Assembly: GCA_012295275.1 (NCBI GenBank)
Contig: CM022678.1
Location: forward strand, 2,604,001 to 2,668,000
DNA from: Chrysomallon squamiferum
Taxonomy: Eukaryota > Animalia > Mollusca
DNA length: 64,000 bases
Direction of reading: 5' to 3'
The notes below the pieces were generated by a model. That model did no database searches. It was given only the letters and a program-made list of their open reading frames with translations, and was not told where the DNA came from. Numbering within the stretch: the stretch's first letter is position 1; every line of letters starts with the position of its first letter. Shown in pieces: positions 30,227 through 53,589 of this stretch. Both the position numbers and the translations under genes were made by a program.

Positions 30227-31901
30227 TTTATTATCATTACTTGTTATTATTACATCACCATCAATCATCATTACTCTTTTTTTCATCATCATTATTATTC
30301 TTTATTTTTATTATTATCATGTTATTATTATTGTTATCATTATTATTTATTATTTTTATTATCATCATCATTACGTTATTATTACATTTATCATCATCAA
30401 TCATCATCATTACTGGTTTTTTTATCATTATTATTATTATTCTTTATTTTATTATTATATTATCATTATCGTTATTGTTATCATCATCATCATCATTATT
30501 ATTCTTAATTTTTTATTATTACTATCATATTATCATTATCGTTATTGTTATCATCATCATCATTATTATTATTATTCTTAATTTTTTATTATTATTATCA
30601 TATTATCATTATCGTTATCATCATAATTATTATTATTATTATTTTTTAATTTATTTTTTTTTTTTTTCAGGAAAGAATCTGCCTCCATGTGTTTTTAAAT
30701 TTATGCAGCATCTACGGAGCACCCTGCTGGGAGGTTACCGTCCACGCTGTACCCTGTCTGGAGAGTTTGAGAAGGAGCAGTGTCACGGGTCAATCTGCTT
30801 CTGTGTGGACAGCGCAGGTGACTTGATTCCAGGTACACAGGTAAACCGGTCACAGAAACCAAACTGTACAGGTGAGAAACATTTTTTTTTTAAATTATAA
30901 TAATTAATTTAAAATTTAAACACGACGTAAAATTGATGAAAAATGATAAACTGAAATGATGATAATAATAATTAGAAAAAATTATGATAATGATGATGAT
31001 AAAATGAAAATAAATATGTAAATAAAGCTATAGTGAAACTGCAAACAAAACTGTGCAGGTATGAATCATTTAATAAGTAAATAAAATTAAAAAAATACAA
31101 AAAAACCCATTGTAAAACAAAATGTCAAACAAAATGGTAAAATAAGAATATAAGAAATATAATAAATTAAAACTTCTTATTGTTCATCTTGTTCTTCTTC
31201 TTCCTATTATTATTATTACTATTATTACTACTACGATTATTATTATTATTATTACTGCTATTGTTGTTGTTGTTATTATTATTATTGTTATTATTATTAT
31301 TATTATTGTTATTATTATTATTACTACAGCTGTCACATCTAAAGTTATAATAGAAGATATGGTAACAGAAAAATCTGTACCCACTCTAAAGAAAGATAGA
31401 AAGAAGAAACCAGGACATCCAGCAGTAAGTTCTTCTTTCTTTTTTCTTTCTCTCCGACACACATACACACAGACACACAGTGCGAGACACACAAACACAC
31501 ACACATGCATACAAATGTCTCTTCGTCACTGTTATTGTTTTATTTGTTTAACACATATCTGTGTCTTGTATTACATCTCTGTTTGACATGTATGTGTTGT
31601 GTTGTCTCTGACATGTATGTGTTGTGTTGTCTCTGTTTGACATGTATGTTTGTTGTCTCTGTTTTTGACATATATATGTGTTGTGTTGTCTGTGTTTGAC
31701 ATGTACATGTTGTGTTGTCTCTGATGTATTTGTGTTGTGTTGTCTCTGTGTTTGACATATTTGTGTTGTGTTTTCTCTGTGTTTGACATATTTGTGTTTA
31801 TTTTACAGTACACAGTACAGCCTCCAGAAGACAACTCTGACAAAGATAAAAACACAGTTGATATGGTTATACCAGGCAGGATTACAGAAAAACGTCAGTA
31901 C

Positions 31902-31963
<62 letters not shown>

Positions 31964-32337
31964 CTTTTCTTCCTATTTTTCTTTCTTTGCTTCCTATATT
32001 TCTTTCTTTGCTTTGATCTGATAAGAATTAAATTCTCAGTGACATATAAGCTAATGTTGTAAGCTAGTATCGTTGCTACAGTTACATCCATCAGTGGTAG
32101 ATACATAAATAAATAAACAACAATAACAACAATGTCAACAGTAACAATACTAAGAACAGTAATAATAATAATAATAATAATCATAATCATAATGTTAATA
32201 ATAATAAATAAATAAATAAATAAATAAATAAATATCAACAACAACAACAGTAAAAACAACAACAACAATAATAATAATAATAATAATAATAAAAATAATA
32301 AAAATAATAATAATAGTAAATAAATAAATAAATAAAA

Positions 32338-32372
<35 letters not shown>

Positions 32373-32770
32373 AACAATGCAAATAATAACTAAGATGTAG
32401 ACTGTAAAGACATGGTTTTGTTTTAACAGCTGATAAAGAAACAAAAGGACCGAATGAAACAGGTGAACAGAAAGACGAAATCAATGTTTCCACAGCCCAT
32501 GTAATTACACAGCCAGGTATTCTTGCAGGTGAGTTTTTACCTTGTCATCTCATTTAACACCTTTTATTTACAGTTTTAATAAGTAACAGTGTGTATGTTT
32601 TATTACTGGATGGTTGGTTAAAGTGCTGGTCTGGTGTGTGACAGAATATGGGATCAGTTCTTTGCAGAGCAGGTTTTTCAAGTTTAAAACATAAACGGGT
32701 TATAAAAAAAGAATTGTTGCTGTTCAAGTAAAAGGATCCCTTGATGCTAACTGACAATGTGCTTTTATTA

Positions 32771-32814
<44 letters not shown>

Positions 32815-33349
32815 TTATTTTTATTATTATTATTATTATTATTATTGTTATTGTTATTATTGTTATTGTTATTCTTATAACAATTTTAAAAAAAATTTTT
32901 AGTTACAGGATTATTTTTCATTTTAACAAAAACAAAATAACAAAAGAAAAAAAATAAAATAAAATAAAATAAAATAAAATAAATATTCTGCCATTAAAAA
33001 TCAAATAAAACAAAATTTCAGTTCATAATAGATGTTCATTCATTCACGTAACCAACACATCATCTTAACATTCATATACATGTACACATATTTATAAACA
33101 TCTTCGTTTAGACTATTTTCAGATTCTTGTTCAAAATACACCCCCAATTTAAATATTAAAATTTTAATTTGTTTTCCAGGAATCATTGGAGGGGCTGTGG
33201 TAGGACTCCTGTGTGCAATTCTCCTCGTGATGTTCATAGTTTATCGGATGAGGAAAAAGGACGAAGGCAGTTACCCGCTGGACGAGCCTCACAAAAAGAT
33301 GCCAGTCTACTCCCCCATCAGCAGAACAGACAAAGAGTTTTACGCGTGA
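26260..33349 (+). CDS. SDC: Syndecan (5'-partial), joined exons 26260-26295, 27474-27600, 29836-30066, 30671-30871, 31330-31424, 31809-31893, 32430-32528, 33180-33349; 347 aa in the window, including two TY domains
   Basis: All introns are GT-AG with matching phases (0,1,1,1,0,1,1) and the join is open (1044 nt including the stop). The C-terminus is the diagnostic syndecan TM plus cytoplasmic tail, GIIGGAVVGLLCAILLVMFIVYRMRKKDEGSY...KEFYA*. Acidic Ser-Gly motifs lie near the N-terminus. Confidence 0.93.
27474..27600 (+). CDS. SDC: Syndecan heparan-sulfate attachment exon DAAVADGSGSGMGTDNDIVTDDEDMDVESGSGAMVPPKKGDK
   Basis: tgtattgcag acceptor and gtaggt donor. DGSGSG and ESGSG flanked by acidic residues, typical of GAG attachment sites. 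Confidence 0.9.
29836..30066 (+). CDS. SDC: Thyroglobulin type-1 domain exon 1, (V)TTLPTSKKPLTPCQNL...PRCTENGEYDKMQCRGYPGTGKCWCSDMNGREIPGT...PDCEH
   Basis: Six Cys with the P-x-C...G-x-Y...QC...CWC-x-D-x-x-G-x-E-I-P-G-T pattern. Acceptor tgtctttcctcag, donor gtgagt; 231 nt, phase 1-1. Confidence 0.93.
30671..30871 (+). CDS. SDC: Thyroglobulin type-1 domain exon 2, KNLPPCVFKF...YRPRCTLSGEFEKEQCHGSICFCVDSAGDLIPGTQVNRSQKPNCT
   Basis: Six Cys with QC and CFCVD motifs. Poly-T cag acceptor, gtgaga donor; 201 nt, phase 1-1. Confidence 0.93.
31330..31424 (+). CDS. SDC: Syndecan stalk exon (A)VTSKVIIEDMVTEKSVPTLKKDRKKKPGHPA
   Basis: tacag acceptor and gtaagt donor, phase 1-0, open frame. Confidence 0.8.
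31555..31800 (+). repeat. ~29-31 bp intronic minisatellite GTGTTGTGTTGTCTCTGT(GT)TTGACAT(G/A)TAT, ~8 copies
   Basis: Direct inspection; it runs up to the acceptor of syndecan exon 31809. Confidence 0.85.
31809..31893 (+). CDS. SDC: Syndecan stalk exon YTVQPPEDNSDKDKNTVDMVIPGRITEK
   Basis: ttttacag acceptor and gtcagt donor, phase 0-1. An in-frame alternative acceptor would start the exon at 31821. Confidence 0.75.
32430..32528 (+). CDS. SDC: Syndecan juxtamembrane exon (P)DKETKGPNETGEQKDEINVSTAHVITQPGILA
   Basis: ttttaacag acceptor and gtgagt donor. QPGILA leads into the TM segment, as in invertebrate syndecans. Confidence 0.9.
33180..33349 (+). CDS. SDC: Syndecan terminal exon: TM helix, C1 (RMRKKDEGSY), V region, C2 PDZ-binding EFYA
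   Basis: Direct translation GIIGGAVVGLLCAILLVMFIVYRMRKKDEGSYPLDEPHKKMPVYSPISRTDKEFYA*; gttttccag acceptor. Confidence 0.98.
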
Positions 33350-33909
33350 ACAGAAAACAAAAACATTAAACAGAAAACAAAAACACAAACCGAAATATAA
33401 ATAACGAATATCTATACGTATACTTACATAAATGTATCCTGCATAGGCGTTTTAAACAAAACAAAAAAAAAAAATAATAAAAAAAATATGATAATAATTA
33501 CGAAATCAAAACAGGAATTTTTGAAAACCAAAATGGCTGCAGGATTGAATTTTTTTTAAAAAAGAAAAATTTATTATTATTATTTATATTTTTTTTTTTT
33601 TAAGCAAAAAATTGTTGCAGCTAGTTTATTTATTTATTTATTTTGTACATTTTAAAAAAAAATTAAATGGCAGAAATTGGTTTTGATTATTTATGGAAAA
33701 ATAATTTGATATAGCTCATTTTAACAGTGGAGAGACAGACTATTTATTAATGATGCTCAAACAGTTCATCCTGGACAATAAGACTGTTTTCTGTTGATAA
33801 CAGACTATCCTTAAATGAATCAAAAATATATCTGTATATGACAAATATTAAAATAACTGATCAAAATGACTGACTGACTGACTGACTGGTTTTAAAAAAG
33901 TATTTATAA

Positions 33910-34242
33910 CAGAACATCTCTGATTGGCTGTTACGTTTTGACTTTATCAAAGAACACGTTTGATTGGGTGTTAGATTTGGAGTATATGAAAGAACATATC
34001 TGACTGGCTATGAAAACGGTGTTTGTAAAAGAACATCTCTGATTAACTGTCAAAACTGGAATCTATAAAAGAAGACCTCTGATTGGCTTTGTAAAATTGT
34101 AGTAAATGAAAGAACACCTCTGATTGGCTGTTAAGAATGGAGTTTATAAAAAGAACATCCCTGATAGGCTGTGAAATGTGATGTGTTAACACGACGTCAC
34201 CGATTGGCTATGAAATAGTCTTCGTGTAATTTGATTGGCTAA
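33910..34242 (-). repeat. ~40-bp degenerate tandem array of CCAAT boxes (AGAACAYCTCTGATTGGCT on +), ~9 units, in the presumed syndecan 3' UTR
   Basis: AGAACA...TGATTGG(C/G)T recurs at ~33911, 33951, 33991, 34030, 34070, 34112, 34152, 34200 and 34232. Confidence 0.75.
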
Positions 34243-37200
34243 TAATACTGGTAAAGGACCACACTTAACTGTAAAATCATTTGTGTTTATGAAATATGAA
34301 GCAGCCATAAGGGTTCTTTTTTTTTTTTCTTTTCTTTTTCTTTTTCTTTTTCTCATTTTTCGTAAAGCACAGAGCTGGTTTGTCTGTTGCCTTTTAAAAG
34401 AACATTTCAGAATATGTTATACATATATACATATATATATATACATACAAAAACCTGTAAATAAATATGTACTTACCTCACTGTGAAAGACCCAATGAAC
34501 ATCTTACTTATATTATTATTTTATGAGTGTGTCTAATATTAACACTTCATTTATTTACTTTTTTATTATTATTTTATTTTAAATATTTTTCATTGTAAAG
34601 AAGAAATTGATATTCGAAGATTCGTTTTATTTTGAAACTTTTTTTTTTTTCAGTGTAAAGTAAAATAATTTGACTTGAAGAATGAAAATGCTAATTTACT
34701 TACTGTTTTGTTTTTATTTTTTAAATTTATTTTCATCATAAAGTAATGGTTGATATTTAAAGAATAAAAAAACCCAATATATATACATGTGTGTGTTTTT
34801 GAAACAATTTTCATTGCAGGGGAAAATGCAGATATGGAAAATGAAAAGATTTAATTTAATTTTCAATATTATCATTTTGCTCTTGCTTTTTTTTTGTTTT
34901 GTTTTTGGTTTTAACTTTTTATCTTTTTATCATTTCTAAATATTAAGAAAGAACTTAAATTTCATATTAAAAAAAATAAATAAAATTTTAAGAAATAAAA
35001 TATTTGGAAGATAATCAGTATAGTGCTAATATAAAAAATAAAAAGTAAATATAGCTAATTCTATTGTCTCATATTAAACATTTGTCAAATGTTTATTTTT
35101 TAAATTGTTTTTATTCTTCATTATTATTGTTTTATCACAAATGTTCTACAACTAAATCATGATTTTGTTGTATTTTTAATATTTTTAAATAATTTTCTAA
35201 ATGAGACTAATACAGTGAAAACAATAATTATCTGAATTTAAACTGTTAAAATGTTTGCAAAAATATTTTCTAATTTAAAAAAAAAAAAAAAAAAAAAAAT
35301 TATTACTTTTGATTTAAAATACGGTCAGTTGTAATTTTGTGTAATTTTTCTATTTTTGTTTATACTTTCAATTAGTAAAAACATTGATCTGGTGATTTAT
35401 AAATAATTTGTGATTAATTATGTAAATCAAATGGTTTTTTGTAAACTTAAAAATCCCAATTTCTTAGAAAATGTTTGAGATTCATTGGGCCTCTATATGA
35501 TTGTGTATATATATATATTTTTTTTTTATTTTTTTTTTTTTCCTTTATATTACAACTTAAAGTGAGCAATATTTCAAACATGTTTTACTACTTTTTTCAA
35601 AAAACAACAAAAATGAAGTTTTAAAAAAAAACGTGTTTTTTTTTTTTTTTTTCTTGTATTATGCATGCATAACTGTTAATGTACTATCATTAAACTGGAT
35701 AACGTGGTCATGTGACTTAGTTCATCACACACCAACATTCCACTCTGCTAGACAGGGTCAAGGTGATGACCCAGTAATGACCCTTCATTCATCTTATTAC
35801 ATTGTCCTAACCTCCCCCACCCCAATAGTGACCCCCATCACTTTTGTTCTCTTCCTTTTTATTTTTTTTATTTTTAGTCTTTATAAAGTATCTTATTATT
35901 GTTATTTTAAAACTATTACTTAATTTTTAATTATTTTATATATATATATATATTTATATACAAATAAAAAAAATCAACTAAAAATCAAAAATGAAATATC
36001 TTCCGAACAAATTGTGGTTCAGTTTTAATTAGAACAATTCATGTTTTGTGACACAAAAAGCAGCACTGAAACAAAAATAATTATACAAATATCTTATTTA
36101 AAATGAAAATGTTATTTTAATAGTGAGTGTTTTTTTAATTTCACTTACAATATTTATTCACGATTGTTTTCATTTTAGTGTTTTTATTTGAAGTGAAGAA
36201 TAATGTACATCGAAAATATTTTAAAAATTTATTATTATTATTATTATTTATTTTTTATTATTGTTATATATATAGTAATAATAAAAAAAAGATGTAGTAA
36301 CAATAAATTACTTTTTTTTTATTTATCAATTTATTATTATTATTATTGTTTGTTCTTTTTTTAATTTTCTTTTTATTGTTAATAGGCAAAATAAACTTAA
36401 TGAAGCCCACCGTTTTTTTACAGATTTCACTGCCATTATTATCTCAAACAAAACCTGAAATCACGAGATGAAAATTAATAAAATATTTTTTAGAACGATA
36501 GAGCAAAAAAAAAATTATGACAACTTTTTAGAATAAATAGATGATAATTTTTGAAAAGAACAAATAAAAAAAAATTTTTGAATAAATAAATAATTATTTT
36601 TGAGAAAAAAAAAGAAAGTTGTAATTTAAAGTTTAAACAATCATGTTATAAATGAATATAATTATAGCTAAAATGTTTTAAATTTCTTCGTTAGCTAAAA
36701 TAATAATTGTTTTATGTTATTATATCTTTTTTCATCAGTTACGTTTTGAAATAATAAAATGTAAATAATTAAAAAAAAAAATGTTCTTAATTTATGCTTT
36801 ATTTCCTTTCTTTTTTTATATATTTTATTTAGTAGAGTCAAGTAAAACTTCAAAAGTACTTAAGATTTTTTTATTATTTTTTTTTTGCTATTAATTTTTC
36901 TGTTTCTATTGTTTATTATGTTTTTCTACAAAGTGTGTTTTATAGAAATAAAATATTTTTTCTTTCTGTAAAAGCTCTAACCATTTGTTGTATCTTTTAT
37001 GTCAGCTGAGATTTTGTACTAGTTTTAATAAAGATTTTTATTTCATTTAGATTCGAGTTTTGAATCATTTAACCCGTTGTAAACGAAAAGTTATTTTTTC
37101 ACAGCTTTTTTCATTTGCTCAGCTCCATCTGTATTATTAATTAATTTAATTTAAAAATTAATAAAAACTCAAAAATATATCTCAAAACTCTATAAGTTCA

Positions 37201-39105
37201 TGTTTAGCTATCTTACATGTTTTCTTTTTGTCTCAAATATTTTAAGACTGTGAAGTTTTAGCCTTTCACATAAAGCCAAGAAAAAAAAAAAAATATATAA
37301 AAAAAATTCTAAAATAGTTTTGATATTAATATAATTTGAGAATACCAACCCTTTGAAGTCTTAAATTAATTTCATTCTAGTGTGCAGATCTACAAATTTC
37401 CAATTTGTTGTTATTTTGAGTATTTTGTAGATGATGCAAGTTTGGTTTTTAAATGCTTTTCACATTTGAAATCTACTCTGTGAATCATCTTCCATCAATA
37501 CCAGTATGTGACTTTAATGATCATGTTTTTCACAAATAAAAATTCAATTTTGGTGATAGAAAATGAATAATTATGATCTTCGTTTTTGTATTATTTTTAA
37601 ATTATAAATAAATTTTACTGAATTATGGATGTCATTGTTGCAGTGCATTATGAAAACATCAGCTCTAGAAAATGAGTAATTAATATTGTTTTTGTTTTTA
37701 TTATAAATAAAACATTAAAAATTCAGTTGTTCATTAAAAAAAAAAAGAAATTATGGTTTTCCTGAAAATGAATAATTCATTGTATTTTAAAAATTATAAA
37801 TAAAATAATAAAGATTGGTGTTTTGTGACTTAAGAAAAATAAAAAACTTAAATAAAACAACATTTTACTTTTGTGACAGGTGGAAAATATAAAGCATCAG
37901 TAGGAATTTTTTTTTTGAAAAACAACAATAATGAACAAAAATTTTAACTTGCAGAAAACCTTGACTACTTTGAATTTCTGCCATTTTTCATTTTCTTTTT
38001 CACATTTCATAAACCATCTACAATCATCTGCTATTAAAAATGTTGGTTACTACAAATTCGACCTGTGTATAAATTATCTTGGAGAGTATTTTAAACATTC
38101 TTTAACCATATTTAATTTAAGACTAAATATTTGTATTTATTCATTAAATCAAATCATTTTTCTATAAATTCAAAAAAAAAAAAAAAAAAAAATTCATTAA
38201 ATTTTATTCTTGGGGAAACAAAAATGTAAGGAATTTTGATTAGAAAATTAAAAACATTTTTTCAAAAACATCTCTTGAACTTAATATCAGAGATGTGTTT
38301 TATTTTATTTTTTTAAACATTTTTTTTTTGGGGGGGGGGTATCATTTTTATGGCTTCGTGCTGCTTAATGGGTCATATAGAAAGATTTTCTTTTCCCTGA
38401 ATTTTTTTTTTTTTCTTGTATAATATTTAAAAATATTGAAAATTGTTATTTTTATAACTGAAGTTTGGTCGTAAGTGTGTTAGATTTTGTGTACATTGTG
38501 AATCGGTAGAAACAATTTAGAAAAGTCTTGTAGCTAATAAGCTTTTTGTGTCTTTCGTCTACTATATATATATATATATATATATAAGTAGGAAGTGATT
38601 ATTCTCGAGTAGCATTTAGAAAGTTCGTACAGCTTATAGATGGTTTATTCCTAGTATATTTGCACAAAATGGCATTATATTTAATTTTTGAATTTAATTT
38701 TTAAAATTAATTTCCACAGATAACTGTCATAGTGAAGGTTTTATACATCAACATAACAAGCTACAATCAGTTACATACATGGTACATTTTGTACATCATT
38801 TTACAGTGGTTACATTTTGGTTACACTGTTACCATTCATTTACATTGTTTACATTGTGGTTACATATTGGTTACATTGCTATCATTTATTAACGGTTACA
38901 TTTTATAACTGTTATTCATTTGGTTACATTGTACAATTTGTAAACATTATTTATTTATTTATTTATATATTTATTTATTTTATTCTATTTTCTTATTTAT
39001 TTTTTTGTTGTTTTTTTCCAATTACACTGATCACATCAAAATAAAATAATTAAAATTGTTTGTTTCTCAATTAACTTTTGTGATATGTAAATTTTTATTG
39101 TTGGG

Positions 39106-39158
<53 letters not shown>

Positions 39159-41924
39159 GTACAGCAGTAATATCTGCAATTTGTATTTTTCTGCATTACA
39201 ACATATTTGTCAGTTAACATGGGAATTTAACAGTTCCACATCACTGTGCATTTTGAATTTTATATTCTAAGCAAAAAAAAAAAAAAAAAAAAAATGTTCT
39301 TCAGTGGGGGGGATAAGATAGGGGAGGGAGTAATAAGAACTTTTTATAGGGTCTTCCATCTCATTAACTGACCATAATATATCAAATAATGCAAAAATAA
39401 TGAAGAATAAATAAATATGAGATTTTTTTTTTTTTTTGTTTTTGTATGGCTATGATTAAAAAATTAGGATTGCAAAATACTGCGGAAAGAATTTCTAGGT
39501 GTGTTATGTGTATGCAGTTGTAAAACAGTTCCATATTGTAATGTTGTATTTACTCTGTGTTTTTTGTCTTCTTCTTATTTTTTTATTTGTTATTTTTATT
39601 TCTGTTACTAACTAAAATGATCACTGGCTGTAATGATGTTAGTCTGTTTGTTTCTTTGTTAGCAATACCAAAAGTGACGGTTTTCCAGATAGTATAGGCC
39701 AGTTTTTGATGTATGTATGTATGGTCTTTTGGGAGAATTTTATCATTATTATTATTATTATTGTTTTTTTATTATTATAATTATTACTTTTATTATGTTT
39801 ATTATTATTATTATTATTATTATTATTTTATTACTTTTATTATGTTTATTATTATTATTATTATAATTATTACTTTTATTACTTTTATTATTATTATTAT
39901 AGTAAGAATTAGTTGTCTTGTAAAGATTTCTTATTGTTTTCATTTATTTGTTTTGTTGTTATTGTTATTATTATTCAGCATTATTCTTGGAATATTTTAG
40001 ACAGCTTTTTGAATTAAATTTTTGACAAACATTTTTTTTTGTGTTTTTTTTTTTTTTTGTTTTTTAAAATCATTTATACCCAAACATATTTTGTAAATAG
40101 TTTGAAATGTACTTTGAAATTAATTTTTAACACATGAAAGGTTTGTTAATGTGTAGATTTATTTTGTGGTTATGTCGAACAATTTTACTTATGTGTTTGT
40201 GGTAAAGAGTAAAACACTGAAAATTTGCATTATTGTATATGCCTTTTCATTCATCATTATGTAAAAAATATTAATTAAAAAAAAAAATAAAAATGTTTGG
40301 AAAAAATAATATGTTGTGTGTAATCAATGATGAATATAAATAGATCTTAGTCAGCCATTTTTATTTATTGTTTTGGGATAATATTTATATTCATGACAAG
40401 GAAACAAAAATATACACTATAAATAATTATAAATAAAAATTATATATTTAAATTTGATTATTAAAATAAAAAAATGTTATAGGTTATATTTATTGTTTCT
40501 GGTTAGTCTAATTATTATTCATATCATTTAAATGAACTGTTTCTAGGAAGAATTTGTTAACAATGTGTTTCCTTTACAATTTATGTTGTCTCTTGCGATT
40601 GGTTACTTTTATTATTACTACTCTTACAAATGACCAATCAGAATATATAAAAATCTGCAAATGTGATTGGATGATTGTAATTGACAATACACTGGGTCTA
40701 AAATCTGAATAAATACAGGAAATAAAACAAAAAGAATTTTTGGAAAATATCGAAATAAAAAATATTCAGGTAAAAGAACAAAAAAAAAAATTAAAAAAAA
40801 AAAAATCCTTTTTGAAAATCCTATTTTCATCATCTATGTCATTACATATATTTTATTTTAGTTATTATTATTATTATATATATATATATTTTTTTAGTTT
40901 CATCAAAATTTACTTCAGGCCAGTTTTAAATTTTGATAAATTTGTCAGTAAAAATTCTGAGAGGAAATAAATATTTTATGAGTAAAAACTGAGATGTGAG
41001 ATGTAATTACAGTTAACACAGATTTCACATAAGACAGTGTGTCAAATACACTGTCATTCTAATATAGGACTTCTGTGCATTAATCTTGAATCTGTGCACA
41101 AAAAGAACACAGAAATCTACACAACAGTTAAATAACAATAATATTAACATCTAATATATAAATTTAAAAAAAGAAAAAAAAAATAACTTAATTATAATAT
41201 CCAAAATTTTAATGTTTCTTAGTTTTAAATAAATATATAAATAAATAAATAAATAAATAAATAATAATAATAATGATGATGATGATGATGATAATTTAAC
41301 ATGAGCATTCATTACAAAAATTAATTTAATTGAATTTTATTCATGACTAATTTTGATAAATTTTGATAAATTTATTAATGTAACTTTCCTAAGATGAACA
41401 AACATAAACATTCTTTAATTAAAAGTTTGTTATTTCTAAGATTATAAAAATGTATTAATTATAAATTTGTTAAAACGAACATTCATTAAAAAGTTAATTA
41501 ATTGTAAGTTAAGATGAATATTTATTATAAATTAATTATGATTTGTTGTCTGTGTTTGTATCTGTCTAGTAACCTTCACTCTGTAAAACTTGTCATGTTG
41601 AAGAATTAAAGTTTTTTGTACAAAAAAAAATAGCATTGTTTTAGGTGTTTTTTATTTTATAATTTTTTTAAATTATTATTTAAAAAAAAACCCAAATAAT
41701 TATTAACTGTTATTATCTACGAAGATTTGTAACCAAAAATAAAAATAAACAGGTTAAAACAAAAAAAAAAAAGAAAGAAAGAAAAGAAGAAACAAAAAGA
41801 AATTAAAGAATGATAAAAGCAAATAAAATATTATTATTACAGTATGTCTATTATATTACTTTTTATCAATTATCAAGATTTGCTTTAAAAAATTTAACAA
41901 AAAAAAGAAGAAAAAAGGTAATAA

Positions 41925-41935
41925 AATAATAATAA

Positions 41936-41966
<31 letters not shown>

Positions 41967-41969
41967 AAG

Positions 41970-42045
<76 letters not shown>
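41925..42045. repeat. Compound (TAA)n(GAA)n(CAA)n microsatellite
   Basis: Direct inspection. Confidence 0.95.
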
Positions 42046-42046
<1 letters not shown>

Positions 42047-42189
42047 AAATTAAAAAATTAAAAATCTTTTAAAAACACAAACGTAACTGTTATTTATTAC
42101 TGTTCTCTCAGACGCCATCCAGATATTTCAGGTGGAATATTATAAACAACTGCTTAGTTTTATTTTTTAAATCTTGTTATCTCCTCCTG

Positions 42190-53138
<10,949 letters not shown>

Positions 53139-53589
53139 AGTATCTATGAAGTAAAAAGTTGCAATATACATACATATACTATATAGTAATTTAAAAAAAA
53201 ATGTATAAAAATAATTATTTAAATGATTAATAAATCGTAGTTTCATATTTTCTTTAGAAGTAAAAACAAAATTTAAACCCGTTTTCCTTATCTTTATTTA
53301 ATTTATTATTATTATTTCTTTAACAATTAATTAATAGCAACTTTAACATTTATGAAATAAGCATTAGATGATTGGTCTGTTAGAATTTAGACTAGTTGTT
53401 TAGTTACTCGACTTAGTGCATGGTGCCAGAAAGTATTTCTCACAGGTCTAACAAATATTAATAAGAATTTCTTTACTTAAATTGTCATTTCTCGCAAAGA
53501 AAACTCTGGAATTTAAAAATTAATTTAGACACATTATTTCATTAACTGGCCTCAGATTTGACAATAAACATATAATAATATTAACAGAT

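Noticed and set aside
30133-30670. 5' part of the 255-aa ORF (poly-Y/L/I)
   Set aside because: (TAT/CAT)n intron sequence that is open by chance; only 30671-30871 is coding.
29784-30900. Stand-alone nested thyropin gene as the primary interpretation
   Set aside because: A strong phase-1 acceptor at 29836 and donor at 30872 link both TY exons in frame to the flanking syndecan exons. Kept only as a possible isoform.
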